Source: a virus (lineage: Duplodnaviria > Caudoviricetes). Taken from it: 55,523 bases of DNA. How positions within the stretch are numbered: position 1 is the first letter of the stretch; each line of letters begins with the position of its first letter. Under the pieces are notes generated by a model. The model worked only from the letters and a program-made list of their open reading frames with translations, searched no databases and was not told where the DNA came from. Positions 36,383 to 46,324 of the stretch are shown here, in pieces. Made by a program: the position numbers and the translations under genes. The DNA lies in the IMG/VR virus record IMGVR_UViG_3300016474_000233, positions 1-55,523 of that record. One strand, 5' to 3'.

Positions 36383-37793
36383 CATCGCCGAGATTCTGGC
36401 CGACCCGCAGGTTCAGGAGAGCCTGAAGGTGGCGCGGCCAGAGTACCGGCTGGCGTGGGCATGGCGCATGAAGTGGATGTCCACCAAGCACAAGCACCAG
36501 ACCCTGCCGCCCGGGGACTGGTGGTCGATCTGGCTGATGCTGGCGGGCCGGGGCGCGGGCAAGACCCGCACGGCCGCCGAGCAGATCGGCTGGTGGGCGT
36601 GGGAGGAGCCGAACACCCGCTGGCTGGTGGCCGCCCCGACCAGCGCCGACGTCAGGGCGACGTGCTTTGAGGGCGACTCCGGGCTTTGCACCGTGATCCC
36701 CGAAGCCCTGATCGCGGACTACAACAAGCAGCACCACGAGCTGCGCCTGATCAACGGCAGCCTGATCAAGGGCATCCCGGCCTCGGAGCCCGACCGCTTC
36801 CGGGGTCCGCAGTTCCACGGGGGGTGGCTGGACGAGCTGGCCGCGTGGGACTACCTGCAAGACGCATGGGACCAGATCCAGTTCGGCGTGCGCCTTGGCC
36901 AGCGCACCCGGCTGATCTGCACCACCACGCCACGGCCCAAGGACCTGATCATCGAGCTGATTGGCCGCGAGGGCGACGACGTGGTCATGACGACCGCCTC
37001 GACCTACGCCAACCTCAAGAACCTGTCCGACAACTTCAAGAAGCAGATCCTCCAGTACGAGGGCACCAAGCTGGGCCGTCAGGAGATCTACGCCGAGATC
37101 ATCGACCCGGAGGAGGGCGGCATCGTCAAGCGCGACATGTTCAAGCTCTGGCCTGCCGGGCGCGAGTTCCCCAAGTTCGAGTACATCCTCCAGAGCTACG
37201 ACTGCGCCAACACCGAGAAGACCCAGAACGATCCGACGGCCTGCATCACCTTCGGCGTGTTCAAGCCGTTGGACGGGCCGATGTCGGCGATGGTGATCGA
37301 CTGCTGGCAGGACCGGCTGCAATACCCTGACCTGCGGCCCAAGGTGGTCGAAGAGTTCGAGACCGTCTACGGCGAGGGCAAGGACCGCAAGCGCGTGGAC
37401 CTCGTGCTGGTCGAGAACAAGAGCTCGGGCATCTCGCTGATCCAAGACTTGCAACGCGCCCACGTCGAGGTGCGGGCCTACAACCCGGGCAACGCCGACA
37501 AGATGCAGCGCCTGAACATCGTCTCCAACATCATCGCCCGTGGCCGCGTCTGGATACCGGAGAGCGACGCCCGCAAGGGCTTCGTGAAGGACTGGGCCGA
37601 GGGCTTCGTGAGCCAGATCTGCTCGTTCCCCGAGAGCACCCACGACGACTTCGTGGACGCCTGCACGCAGGCCCTGCGCTACCTTCGGGACGCTGGCTGG
37701 CTGAACATCGACCCACCACCACGCGACGACTACGACGAGGACGACTACGTCGACAGCGGCAAGCAACGCCGCGTGAACCCATACGCTGTTTGA
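36375..37793 (+). CDS. Terminase large subunit
   Basis: Walker A AGRGAGKT, Walker B WLDE, TTTP, nuclease motifs QSYDCA and HDDFVDA. Confidence 0.95.
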   Translation: MSDIAEILADPQVQESLKVARPEYRLAWAWRMKWMSTKHKHQTLPPGDWWSIWLMLAGRGAGKTRTAAEQIGWWAWEEPNTRWLVAAPTSADVRATCFEGDSGLCTVIPEALIADYNKQHHELRLINGSLIKGIPASEPDRFRGPQFHGGWLDELAAWDYLQDAWDQIQFGVRLGQRTRLICTTTPRPKDLIIELIGREGDDVVMTTASTYANLKNLSDNFKKQILQYEGTKLGRQEIYAEIIDPEEGGIVKRDMFKLWPAGREFPKFEYILQSYDCANTEKTQNDPTACITFGVFKPLDGPMSAMVIDCWQDRLQYPDLRPKVVEEFETVYGEGKDRKRVDLVLVENKSSGISLIQDLQRAHVEVRAYNPGNADKMQRLNIVSNIIARGRVWIPESDARKGFVKDWAEGFVSQICSFPESTHDDFVDACTQALRYLRDAGWLNIDPPPRDDYDEDDYVDSGKQRRVNPYAV

Positions 37794-37803
37794 GGAGGGC
37801 AAG

Positions 37804-38004
37804 ATGACGTGGCACTGCATATCCTTCAAGTCCGACATGGGCAACCTCGTGCAGCACATTGTTCCGGTGGACGACTTGCAGCCCCACACGCTGACGCACG
37901 ACTGCTGGTGCCAGCCGGAGCTGGACCACGAGGACTGGATTGCCACGCACCACAGCGCGGATTGCCGCGAGGATTTTGAAAACGGACGGAGGAAGCCATC
38001 ATGA
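37804..38004 (+). CDS. Small His/Cys-rich hypothetical protein
   Basis: GGAGG RBS; HIVPVDD...CWCQP...HHSAD. Confidence 0.65.
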   Translation: MTWHCISFKSDMGNLVQHIVPVDDLQPHTLTHDCWCQPELDHEDWIATHHSADCREDFENGRRKPS

Positions 38005-38309
38005 TTCACTTCACCAACGAGGGCGGATTCAAGAAGGTCGGCCTGAACCTGTACCGAGCACCGGGCGGCTTCGTTGCCGCGTGGGTTTGGTACGACATAG
38101 CCAGACACGAGTTGCACGGCTGGCGCTTCCGCCTGCGGCTGCACATGGCCCCGCGCATCTTGTGGTCGGTGGAGCGGGCCAACGTGATCAACAACTACCT
38201 CGTGGTCAACGACCTCGATCTGGTCCACCGCGAGACGCTGGTTGACCTGAAAGAGCTGCAAGAGCGCCAGAAGCGCGTCAACGAGCCGCTGGCCTACATC
38301 AAGCCATGA
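38001..38309 (+). CDS. Hypothetical protein
   Basis: GGAGG RBS and ATGA overlap. Confidence 0.6.
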   Translation: MIHFTNEGGFKKVGLNLYRAPGGFVAAWVWYDIARHELHGWRFRLRLHMAPRILWSVERANVINNYLVVNDLDLVHRETLVDLKELQERQKRVNEPLAYIKP

Positions 38310-38536
38310 AGCCCATCCAGATCCTCGAACCCGGCTCGACGCCCGACGTTGGGTGCGCTAAGGTCAACGCCTGCCGCAACCGCTTCGAGGTCGTGGCCGA
38401 CTGGGGGATGTCGTCCGCCACCATGGCCGAATGGGCGCACGAGGCGCTGGACCGCTGGCTGCGCAGTCGAATGGACTTGACAAGCCCCAGCGTTTATGAT
38501 TCGAGGGAAAAAGGGAAAGGTGACGACCATGGCTGA
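38306..38536 (+). CDS. Hypothetical protein
   Basis: ATGA overlap. Confidence 0.5.
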   Translation: MKPIQILEPGSTPDVGCAKVNACRNRFEVVADWGMSSATMAEWAHEALDRWLRSRMDLTSPSVYDSREKGKGDDHG

Positions 38537-41264
38537 TGAGATCCGGGCGATTGACCCCACGATTCGGGAGCGCATGTCTTCCGGCGTCCAGCGTGGTCTG
38601 GAAGGGTTCGGCGTTGACCGCTACAAGGCCCGCAAGCACGCGCAGACCTTGATGGGTGGTGAGAGCAGCAACCTGCCCGGCGGCATTGGCATCGCCGACT
38701 TCGTGCCGTTCCTTGGCACCACCATGGCCGCCGAGGAAGGCGTCCACGATCTTGCCGACGCATATGGCGCGGCCAAGCGCGGCGACGTGGTCGGGGCCGT
38801 GGCCAACACCGCAGGCGCGGCCGCCAATCTGATCCCCGGCGCACCCGGCACCATCAAGGCGGGCAAGGCCGCCATCAAGAAGATCAAGGCCATGGAGCTG
38901 CCGAAGCTCAAGCCAATCGGAACCGATTCGGTTCCTAAGAAGCAGTCGCTCCAAGAGTGGGCCATGGCCGGTGGCGGCGTCCCGGTGAGCCATAAGGACC
39001 GGGCCGACGTCTGGCACAAGAAGGTCCAGCGGTTGGCCGCAGGCGGCGAGGTCTACAACACCGTGCCCGACATGGCCGACGGCGGCGAGCTGATCGACGG
39101 CCCGGCGTACGCCAAGGGCGGTGGAGTCAAGAAGCTGGTGCAGGAGATCGCCGAGGCTGGGTCCAACGCGGTCAGGAAGCTGACCGGCGCACCGCCCAAG
39201 GGCGTCGAGCCCATCCCGGTCCGCACCCCCGAGGAGCAGTCTGTCATAGACAAGTTCGGACAGAAGCAGGAGCAGGAGGCTGCCCGGGCCAAGAAGGTCG
39301 AGAAGCTGGCCCAGCAGGAGCCGACAGCGCCAGCCAAGCCCGCCAAGGCCAAGGGGCCGAGGGCCAAGGTCGAGCCGGACATCTACCGCAAGATGGCCGC
39401 AGAGCAGGGCGACGAGGCCGTGCTACGGGCAGCCCGGGCTGGTGAGCACCTCAAGCCCACGCCCGGCGGCTACGTCGGCGCACCGCGCACTGTGACCAGC
39501 GGCCAAGGCCTTGGGGCTATGCGCCGCTCGATGGACAAGGACTTCGCCGATTCCGTCGAGGCCGTGCGCCTTGCGGACCCCGAGCGGCTGGGGACGTGGT
39601 ACGACCGCGCCAAGCAGGGCATCGCCGAGAGCAACGAGCCCTACCAGCTTGCCCGTTCACTGGAGCAGCATGGCGTCTACTCCGCAGGCGTCAGCCCCGA
39701 GTCAGAACTGGGCTTTGCCCTGAAGCACCTGAACAGCCGCGTGGCTGGCCAGCCTGAGATGGCCTACCGTGGCGCACCGATGCGCAACCTCGACAGCGCC
39801 GTGGCCGAGGACCGCCCGGCCAACATGGGCTTCAAGATCGGCGAGTACGCCAACAAGAACGACCCGCGCATCCCCAACGAGGGCCTGTTCGGCGTGAACG
39901 ACTTCCGCCGGGCGCAGGGCATGGGCTACACCGACCCGCAGGGCAACCCGTGGAAGGCTGGCGTGTCTGAGACCATGCACCCGTTCATGGACGCCGAGAC
40001 GGCCCTGCAAGTGGACCGCGCCAACAAGGCCGGGACCGGCGGCCGCACTGACTGGGCCGGGCCGCACATTCAAGAGGTGCCATGGGTCTACGGCAAGGGG
40101 CAGGACCTGTACTCACGCGGCAAGGCCGGGCGCTTCGGCGGCGACGAGCTGGAGGGCATCAAGGGTGCCTTGCGCGAGGCCAACAACACCGCCCGCGACT
40201 ACATGTACAAGCACGCCGCGTCGGCCACGCACGAGGCCATCCCGGGCGCGTCCCTCGGCCACGTCCGGCAGGCGCTGGACATGACCCCTGCCGAGAAGCT
40301 TGAGTACGGCCGCACCGGCCGCTGGGACATGCCGCCGCCCGAGTACGCCCTGAGCGACATGCCGCAGGTCGGAGCGGGCAACCGCGACATCATCTACGGC
40401 GCTGCCGGGTATCGCCAGCTCCCGTCGCGTGAGGCCGAGGGCCTGTACGTCAACCGGCTGGGCGGCGTTGAGACCAACCCCATGACCATTGCCCGCCCGC
40501 TGATGGATTTCCCCACCGGTGGCGGCGGCCTGATGGCCCCCAGCTCCCGCAAGATGGCCGACACGCTGGAGCAGTTCCGCGCCTTCCTCGACGCGCAGGA
40601 GGCCGGTGCCTACAACCTGCCCAACACCATGGGCGGCGTCAAGGGCAAGAACTCGCTGGTGCTCGACAGCCGCAGCCGCAACCCAAACAAGCTGGACGAC
40701 CCGTCGGCCGGTGTCACGCCCACGGCCGAGCAGTTGGCCGCGATGAACAGGGTGATGGAAGACACGGGCTTTGGCGTGACGGCGACCAACCGTGGCGTGG
40801 CCGTGTTCCCGTTTGACCCGGCCATGGACCCCAAGGAGGCTGGCAAGATCCTGCGCAAGAAGCAAAAGGAGCTGACGGCCATCTACCCCTCGACCCCCGA
40901 GAAGTCGCTCACCACGACCGGCTATGTGCCCGGCATCGGCAAGCGCAGCCCCGAGGGCCCGCTGTCCACCGCCCCGTACAGCGGCGAGGCGACCGGAGAC
41001 CTGCTGCAAGCGTTTGCAGAGCTGCCCCCGTCGGTGGCCATGAACATAAGCGAGTCGGAAGCGATTCGCCAAGCGATTCGCGACAAAGCGCTGCGCGACG
41101 CCAAGCTGGGCGGCACGCGTGGCGACATCCAAGAGTCCCGCCGCTTCTTCAGCGAGGCGGATTGGCCCAAGGCGGTCGAGATGATCCGCAAGGGCATGAG
41201 CCCGGCAGCCGCGCTGGCTGCGCTGGGCTACAGCGCCAGCTCCATGGCAGGAGAGCGCCAGTGA
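38529..41264 (+). CDS. Large probable head-internal/ejected protein with an HhH-glycosylase-like (DUF7178-like) domain
   Basis: Four xAxGGxV-type motifs. Central WY...SP...K...VND...W.G..IQEVPWV pattern. Lies between terminase and portal. Confidence 0.55.
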   Translation: MADEIRAIDPTIRERMSSGVQRGLEGFGVDRYKARKHAQTLMGGESSNLPGGIGIADFVPFLGTTMAAEEGVHDLADAYGAAKRGDVVGAVANTAGAAANLIPGAPGTIKAGKAAIKKIKAMELPKLKPIGTDSVPKKQSLQEWAMAGGGVPVSHKDRADVWHKKVQRLAAGGEVYNTVPDMADGGELIDGPAYAKGGGVKKLVQEIAEAGSNAVRKLTGAPPKGVEPIPVRTPEEQSVIDKFGQKQEQEAARAKKVEKLAQQEPTAPAKPAKAKGPRAKVEPDIYRKMAAEQGDEAVLRAARAGEHLKPTPGGYVGAPRTVTSGQGLGAMRRSMDKDFADSVEAVRLADPERLGTWYDRAKQGIAESNEPYQLARSLEQHGVYSAGVSPESELGFALKHLNSRVAGQPEMAYRGAPMRNLDSAVAEDRPANMGFKIGEYANKNDPRIPNEGLFGVNDFRRAQGMGYTDPQGNPWKAGVSETMHPFMDAETALQVDRANKAGTGGRTDWAGPHIQEVPWVYGKGQDLYSRGKAGRFGGDELEGIKGALREANNTARDYMYKHAASATHEAIPGASLGHVRQALDMTPAEKLEYGRTGRWDMPPPEYALSDMPQVGAGNRDIIYGAAGYRQLPSREAEGLYVNRLGGVETNPMTIARPLMDFPTGGGGLMAPSSRKMADTLEQFRAFLDAQEAGAYNLPNTMGGVKGKNSLVLDSRSRNPNKLDDPSAGVTPTAEQLAAMNRVMEDTGFGVTATNRGVAVFPFDPAMDPKEAGKILRKKQKELTAIYPSTPEKSLTTTGYVPGIGKRSPEGPLSTAPYSGEATGDLLQAFAELPPSVAMNISESEAIRQAIRDKALRDAKLGGTRGDIQESRRFFSEADWPKAVEMIRKGMSPAAALAALGYSASSMAGERQ

Positions 41265-41474
41265 TCAGAGCAGGCCTTTTGCCTTCGCGTAGTAACGCGC
41301 ACCGCCAGCGGCTTGCTTCATCCAAGCAAGCTCCTCGGCCGTGTAGTGTTGCCGCTTTGGCTTCTTGGCCTCAAGCTGGGCGACCAGCTCTTCCATCAAC
41401 GCCGCGCACTCGTCGAAATAACTGCCCGGCTCAACACCTTTCAAGAACTCAATTGCTTGATCGTATTTATCCAT
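41265..41474 (-). CDS. Lone antisense small protein (69 aa)
   Basis: GGAG RBS 7 nt before ATG. Extended -10 TGcTATGAT near 41508-41516. Fills the gap exactly. Confidence 0.6.
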   Translation of the reverse strand: MDKYDQAIEFLKGVEPGSYFDECAALMEELVAQLEAKKPKRQHYTAEELAWMKQAAGGARYYAKAKGLL

Positions 41475-41528
41475 CTGCACTCTCCATGCGTGTAAGTTGG
41501 GATTAAATCATAGCACAAGGACTCCAGT

Positions 41529-44069
41529 ATGGCCACACAATTTCCCATCGACCCTGAGTTTGGACGCTTTGTAGGCGGCCAGCCGCAGGATCAGGACGAG
41601 GAGGCCGGTGTTGCGGTCGAGATGCCCGAGATCGACGACGCCGAGCTTGAGGAGCTGCCAGACGGCAGCGTGAGGGTGCGTCTGGACACCAAGGGTCCGA
41701 TGGAGGACCAAGACTTCTACGCCAACCTCGCCGACGGCGACGTCATTGACTCGCTGGACCTCGGCTCGATGGCGCTGCGCTACCTTGAGCTGATCGAAAA
41801 GGACAAGGAAGCCCGCAAGCAGCGCGACAAGCAGTACGAAGAAGGTATCAAGCGCACCGGCATGGGCAACGACGCCCCCGGCGGGGCCAATTTCCAAGGC
41901 GCATCGAAGGTGGTCCACCCTGTGATGGCCGAGGCCTGCATCGATTTTGCGGCCCGAGCCATCAAAGAGATGTTCCCGCCCGACGGCCCGACCAAAACCA
42001 AGATCTTGGGCGACGTCACCGAGGACAAAACCGCGATTGCCGAGCGCAAACGCGACTACATGAATTGGCAGTTGACCGAGCAGATCGAGGAATTCCGCGA
42101 CGAGCAGGAGCAAATGCTGACCCAGTTGCCGCTGGGCGGCTCGCAGTACCTCAAACTCTGGTACGACGAGAAGAAAAAGCGCCCCTGTGCGCAGTTTTTG
42201 CCCATCGACAACGTGCTTTTGCCGTTCGCGTCGGCCAATTTCTACACCGCGCAGCGCTTCACCGAGATGGACGACATCTCCGAGTGGGAATTCAAGCGCC
42301 GAATCGAGTCCGGGCTGTACAAAAACGTGTCGTTGTCACGCGCAACGATGGACCCGGAGCCCACCGCGTCGCAAAAAGCGAACAACAAGATCGAGGGCAA
42401 GTCCGCAAGCAACAACGACGACGGTTTGCGGCGCGTTTTCCACGTCTACACATGGCTGGAACTCGACGACGACCCCGTCACCAAGGGCGAAATGGCCCCG
42501 TACATCCTCATGATCGACGATTTGACGTCGGAAGTCGTGGGCCTGTACCGCAACTGGGAAGAGGGCGACGAAACTCTGACCAAATTGGACTGGGTGATCG
42601 AGTTCAAGTTCATCCCGTGGCGCGGCGCGTACGCCGTGGGCCTGCCGCAGCTCATTGGAGGCCTCTCAGCGGCCCTTACGGGCGCTTTGCGGGCGCTTTT
42701 GGACTCTGCCCACATCAACAACGCCGCGACGCTCCTGAAGCTCAAGGGCGGCAAGATTTCCGGCCAGTCCCAAGAGATCGAAGTCACGCAGGTGGTGGAG
42801 ATCGAGGGCGCTCCGGGCGTCGATGATGTGCGCAAGCTGGCCATGCCCATGCCATTCAACCAGCCGAGCGGCGTGCTGTTCGAGCTGCTGGGCTGGCTGA
42901 CCAATGCTGCCAAGGGCGTGGTGACCACGGCCGAGGAAAAGATCGCCGACGTCAACAGCCAGACCCCGGTGGGCACCACGCAGGCGCTGATCGAGCAGGG
43001 CGCGGCCGTGTTCAGCTCCATCCACGCCCGTCTGCACGAGTCGCAGGCCCGCGTGCTCAAGGTCCTGAGCCGCATCAACCGCTGGTATCTGGACGACATG
43101 CAGCGCGGCGAAGTGGTGGAAGACCTCGACATCAAACGCGAGGACTTTGCCCGGGTGACGGACGTGATCCCGGTGTCCGACCCGCACATTTTCAGCGAGA
43201 CCCAGCGCATGGCGCAGACCCAAGCGGTCATGGCCATCATGGACAAGAACCCCGACCTGTTCAACAAGCGGGCGGTGATCCAGCGCTTCCTCAAGCAGAT
43301 CAAGGTGCCGGGCATCAACGAGCTGATGACCGACGTGCCGCCTCCGGTCAAGATGGACGCAGCCAACGAAAACGTGGCCATGGCCATCGGGCAGGCTGCA
43401 TTTGCCTACCCCGAGCAGGACCACCTTGGCCACATTCAGGCGCACCTTGACTTTGCCAAGAGCCCGATCTTCGGCAGCAATCCCATCGTGGCCCCTGCGT
43501 TCTTGCCCAAGGCCGTGGAGCACATCAAGCAGCACTTGGTGCTGTGGTACTTGAACCGCATGAACGGCTACGTCCAGAAGTCGCTGGGCGAGAAGCTGCC
43601 CGAGTACGAGCTGCACGACGATCCGAAGATGATCGACAAGCTCTTTGGTGCGGCCTCGCAACACGTCGAGATGGACGCCAACGCCACCCTCAAGGGCATC
43701 ATGCCGGTGGTGCAGCAGCTCGTGGCGGGCCTCAAGCAGTTCCAGCCCCAGCCCCCGATGACGCCCGACGTCAAGGTGCTGCTGGACACCAGCATGGCCG
43801 AGACCCAACGCCGTCAGGCCCGCGATCAGGCCGAGATGGCGCTCAAGGACAAGGAGCTGGCGGCCAAGATCCAATTGGACATGGCCGAGCTGCAACAGCG
43901 CCAGCAGCGCGAGATGGAAGAGATGCAGCTCAAGTTGGCGATTGCCAACGGCGACAACGAGATGAAGGAACGCATCGAAACGGCCCGCTTAACGCGAGAT
44001 GCTGCCAAGCTCAATTTCGAGCAAAGCAAGGTCGTACCAACCACAGGAGGCCAATATGGCAACGAGTGA
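41529..44069 (+). CDS. Portal protein
   Basis: 846 aa. HPVMAEACIDF, MNWQLTE, LRALLDSA, PVGTTQALIEQG, IPVSDP, PEQDHLGHIQAH motifs of podovirus portals. Confidence 0.9.
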   Translation: MATQFPIDPEFGRFVGGQPQDQDEEAGVAVEMPEIDDAELEELPDGSVRVRLDTKGPMEDQDFYANLADGDVIDSLDLGSMALRYLELIEKDKEARKQRDKQYEEGIKRTGMGNDAPGGANFQGASKVVHPVMAEACIDFAARAIKEMFPPDGPTKTKILGDVTEDKTAIAERKRDYMNWQLTEQIEEFRDEQEQMLTQLPLGGSQYLKLWYDEKKKRPCAQFLPIDNVLLPFASANFYTAQRFTEMDDISEWEFKRRIESGLYKNVSLSRATMDPEPTASQKANNKIEGKSASNNDDGLRRVFHVYTWLELDDDPVTKGEMAPYILMIDDLTSEVVGLYRNWEEGDETLTKLDWVIEFKFIPWRGAYAVGLPQLIGGLSAALTGALRALLDSAHINNAATLLKLKGGKISGQSQEIEVTQVVEIEGAPGVDDVRKLAMPMPFNQPSGVLFELLGWLTNAAKGVVTTAEEKIADVNSQTPVGTTQALIEQGAAVFSSIHARLHESQARVLKVLSRINRWYLDDMQRGEVVEDLDIKREDFARVTDVIPVSDPHIFSETQRMAQTQAVMAIMDKNPDLFNKRAVIQRFLKQIKVPGINELMTDVPPPVKMDAANENVAMAIGQAAFAYPEQDHLGHIQAHLDFAKSPIFGSNPIVAPAFLPKAVEHIKQHLVLWYLNRMNGYVQKSLGEKLPEYELHDDPKMIDKLFGAASQHVEMDANATLKGIMPVVQQLVAGLKQFQPQPPMTPDVKVLLDTSMAETQRRQARDQAEMALKDKELAAKIQLDMAELQQRQQREMEEMQLKLAIANGDNEMKERIETARLTRDAAKLNFEQSKVVPTTGGQYGNE

Positions 44070-44211
44070 CCAAGAGCAGAAGAGCATCAACGTGCCGCAG
44101 CACAAGCGCATCGCCATGGGCGAGAAGCTTGACGGCTCCAGCATGCAACCCAAGGGTGGCCAGCAGCCGTCCAAGAACCAAGGAGGGCTGTCGCAAGCAA
44201 AAAGCAAATGA
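44056..44211 (+). CDS. Small hypothetical protein
   Basis: AGGAGG RBS; VPQHKRIAMG. Confidence 0.55.
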   Translation: MATSDQEQKSINVPQHKRIAMGEKLDGSSMQPKGGQQPSKNQGGLSQAKSK

Positions 44212-44393
44212 ACACACTGGGCGATCTGATTGGTGGCATCAAGTCTAGGCAGGCTGAAATAGCCGCGTCCCTCGCTGAAGGAAATGCAGCGAACTGGGAG
44301 GCTTACCACCGCATGGTCGGGCATAACGCGGGCTTGCAGGAAGCCCTCGACATCCTGAACAACCTGATGAAGGAAGATGATGAAGATGAGTGA
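44208..44393 (+). CDS. Small conserved head-module protein
   Basis: SLAEGNAANWEAYHRMVGHNAGL. Confidence 0.65.
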   Translation: MNTLGDLIGGIKSRQAEIAASLAEGNAANWEAYHRMVGHNAGLQEALDILNNLMKEDDEDE

Positions 44394-44817
44394 ACCGGTA
44401 GCTTCTAACGAAGCTGAGTTGGCTTGGGCATTTCCGAGCGTAGACCCCGGTGCTAAACCTCTTGGCGGACGCATTCTTGTGCAATTGCGCCGCACCAAAA
44501 AGAAGGCAACTAGCGCCGGGATTATTTTGGTCGAAGAAACCAAAGAAACCGAAAAGTGGCAAAACATGGTGGCAAAGGTCATCGAGATCGGCCCGCTGGC
44601 ATTCAAGCATCGAGACACGATGCAGGCGTGGCCGGAGGGATCGTGGTGCGCCCCGGGCGACTACATCCGCGTTCCCAAGTGGGGCGGCGACCGTTGGGAA
44701 GTCAAGGTCGATGGTGACGATGAATTTGAAGACCCAGCACTGTTTATGGTGCTGAACGACCATGAGGTGATCGCAAAGCTCACCGGTGATCCACTTGCTA
44801 TGAGGGCCTTCCTATGA
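44386..44817 (+). CDS. groES: GroES-like co-chaperonin
   Basis: KPLGGRILV...TSAGIIL...KVIEIGP...PGDYI...LNDHEVIAKL. Confidence 0.85.
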   Translation: MSEPVASNEAELAWAFPSVDPGAKPLGGRILVQLRRTKKKATSAGIILVEETKETEKWQNMVAKVIEIGPLAFKHRDTMQAWPEGSWCAPGDYIRVPKWGGDRWEVKVDGDDEFEDPALFMVLNDHEVIAKLTGDPLAMRAFL

Positions 44818-45755
44818 GCACAGAAAAGAACCAAGACCAAGAAGAAATCGCAGTCGTCGAAGAAAAGGACGGCAGCGTAACGGTCCAGCTACCCGACAGC
44901 ATTGAGTCGCCCGACGCGAAAGACGCCGACGGCCACCAAGACGATGGCGGGGACGAGGACCATCCTGACGATACTGATGCCATTCGCGAGGCCCGACGCA
45001 ATCGCCGTCGCGCCAAGAAGGAATACATCAAACGCACCAACGAGGAAAAGGACGCCAAGCTGCAATTGCTTGAGCGCCAGAACCGCGAGCTGATGGAGCG
45101 CCTGTCCGTTGTCGAGCGCAAGACGCACGGCGCGGATCTGGCCCGCTTCGAAAAGGCCATCGAGGACGAGGAATACCGCCTGCAATATGCCCAGCAGAAA
45201 ATGCAGGAGGCCACCGACAATTCCGATGGAGCGGCATTTACCAAGGCCCAAGAGCTTTGGTACGACAGCCGCCGCAAGCTTGAAGCCATGCGGGATTACA
45301 AGGAGCGTGCAACCCGCGCATCCTCGCAGGAAACTGCCCCGGCAAACCCTCGTTTGGTAAAGCTGGCAAATAGCTGGATGGAGCGCAATCCATGGTACGA
45401 CCCGGATTCCGGGGATGAAGATACCCAGATTGCCAAAATCATTGACAACAAGCTCGTGGCCGAGGGGTGGGACCCGGCCAGCCCAGACTATTGGGAAGAG
45501 CTTGACAATCGCTTGCAAAAGCGCTTACCCCACCGTTATACTCGATCACAAGACGAATCGTCGTCCAGAAGGAGCCCCCGAAGCTTCGTGACTGGGTCGA
45601 GTCGGGAATCAGTTGGACGCGCAGGCGGCAACGAATTTGTTTTGGAACCTGAACAGGTCCGAGCAATGAAGGAAGCCGGTTTCTGGGATGACCCAGAAAA
45701 GCGCAACCGAATGATTAAACGATACGCCCAAGACGCACGCAACAGAAGGAGCTAA
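44814..45755 (+). CDS. Capsid scaffolding protein (putative)
   Basis: Acidic N-terminus, long coiled coil, WMERNPWY motif; between portal and capsid genes. Confidence 0.7.
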   Translation: MSTEKNQDQEEIAVVEEKDGSVTVQLPDSIESPDAKDADGHQDDGGDEDHPDDTDAIREARRNRRRAKKEYIKRTNEEKDAKLQLLERQNRELMERLSVVERKTHGADLARFEKAIEDEEYRLQYAQQKMQEATDNSDGAAFTKAQELWYDSRRKLEAMRDYKERATRASSQETAPANPRLVKLANSWMERNPWYDPDSGDEDTQIAKIIDNKLVAEGWDPASPDYWEELDNRLQKRLPHRYTRSQDESSSRRSPRSFVTGSSRESVGRAGGNEFVLEPEQVRAMKEAGFWDDPEKRNRMIKRYAQDARNRRS

Positions 45756-45760
45756 ACATT

Positions 45761-46303
45761 ATGGACACACGTCTCAAAAAAACTCTCAACGCCGGTGGCC
45801 GTGAGAATCGATCTTCATCAGATCAGACCCGAGCCGCCCCCGAAGAGAAGTTCATGTCAGCGCAGGAACGTCGAAAGATGTGGAGCGATGAGTGGACACA
45901 AAGTGCGCTGCCAAAAGTCCCGGAAATGCCGGGGTGGCACCTTTGCTGGTTGTCAACAACCAATGGCTACGACAGCATCGATAAGCGGATGCGACTCGGC
46001 TACATACCTGTTCGCGCAGATGAGTTGCCCGGGTTCGAAAATTACCGCGTAAAGGCTGGAGAAGACGTCGGTTTTATTGCATGCAACGAGATGCGCCTGT
46101 ACAAGATCCCAATGGAGGTCTATCAGGACATCATGCTGCAAATGCACCATGAGGCTCCCAACGACGAGGCGGACAAGATCCGCGTCCAAGCTGAGAACCT
46201 ACAAGGCGCTCGCGATAGCTCAGGGAAAGCTCTGGGCAAAGTTGAAGGCGAAGGTTTTGGCAACATGGACCGAACTGTGAAAGCCCCTGTTTTTCAGGGT
46301 TAA
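45761..46303 (+). CDS. Conserved head-module hypothetical protein
   Basis: AAGGAG RBS; PGWHLCWLST...RLGYIPVRADE. Confidence 0.7.
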   Translation: MDTRLKKTLNAGGRENRSSSDQTRAAPEEKFMSAQERRKMWSDEWTQSALPKVPEMPGWHLCWLSTTNGYDSIDKRMRLGYIPVRADELPGFENYRVKAGEDVGFIACNEMRLYKIPMEVYQDIMLQMHHEAPNDEADKIRVQAENLQGARDSSGKALGKVEGEGFGNMDRTVKAPVFQG

Positions 46304-46324
46304 CTTAAACCAAGGAGTAAGACT

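Noticed and set aside
36339-38261. Long minus-strand ORFs (640 aa here; also 6643-7920, 18065-19267, 42666-43895, 46944-48191, 50643-51764)
   Set aside because: They are antisense shadows of well-supported + strand genes in GC-rich DNA, with no recognisable motifs.
38472-38500. TTGACA...TATGAT promoter upstream of ORF 38529
   Set aside because: The TTGACA spacing is only 12 bp. The alternative TGGACT-17-TATGAT is possible but too weak to call.
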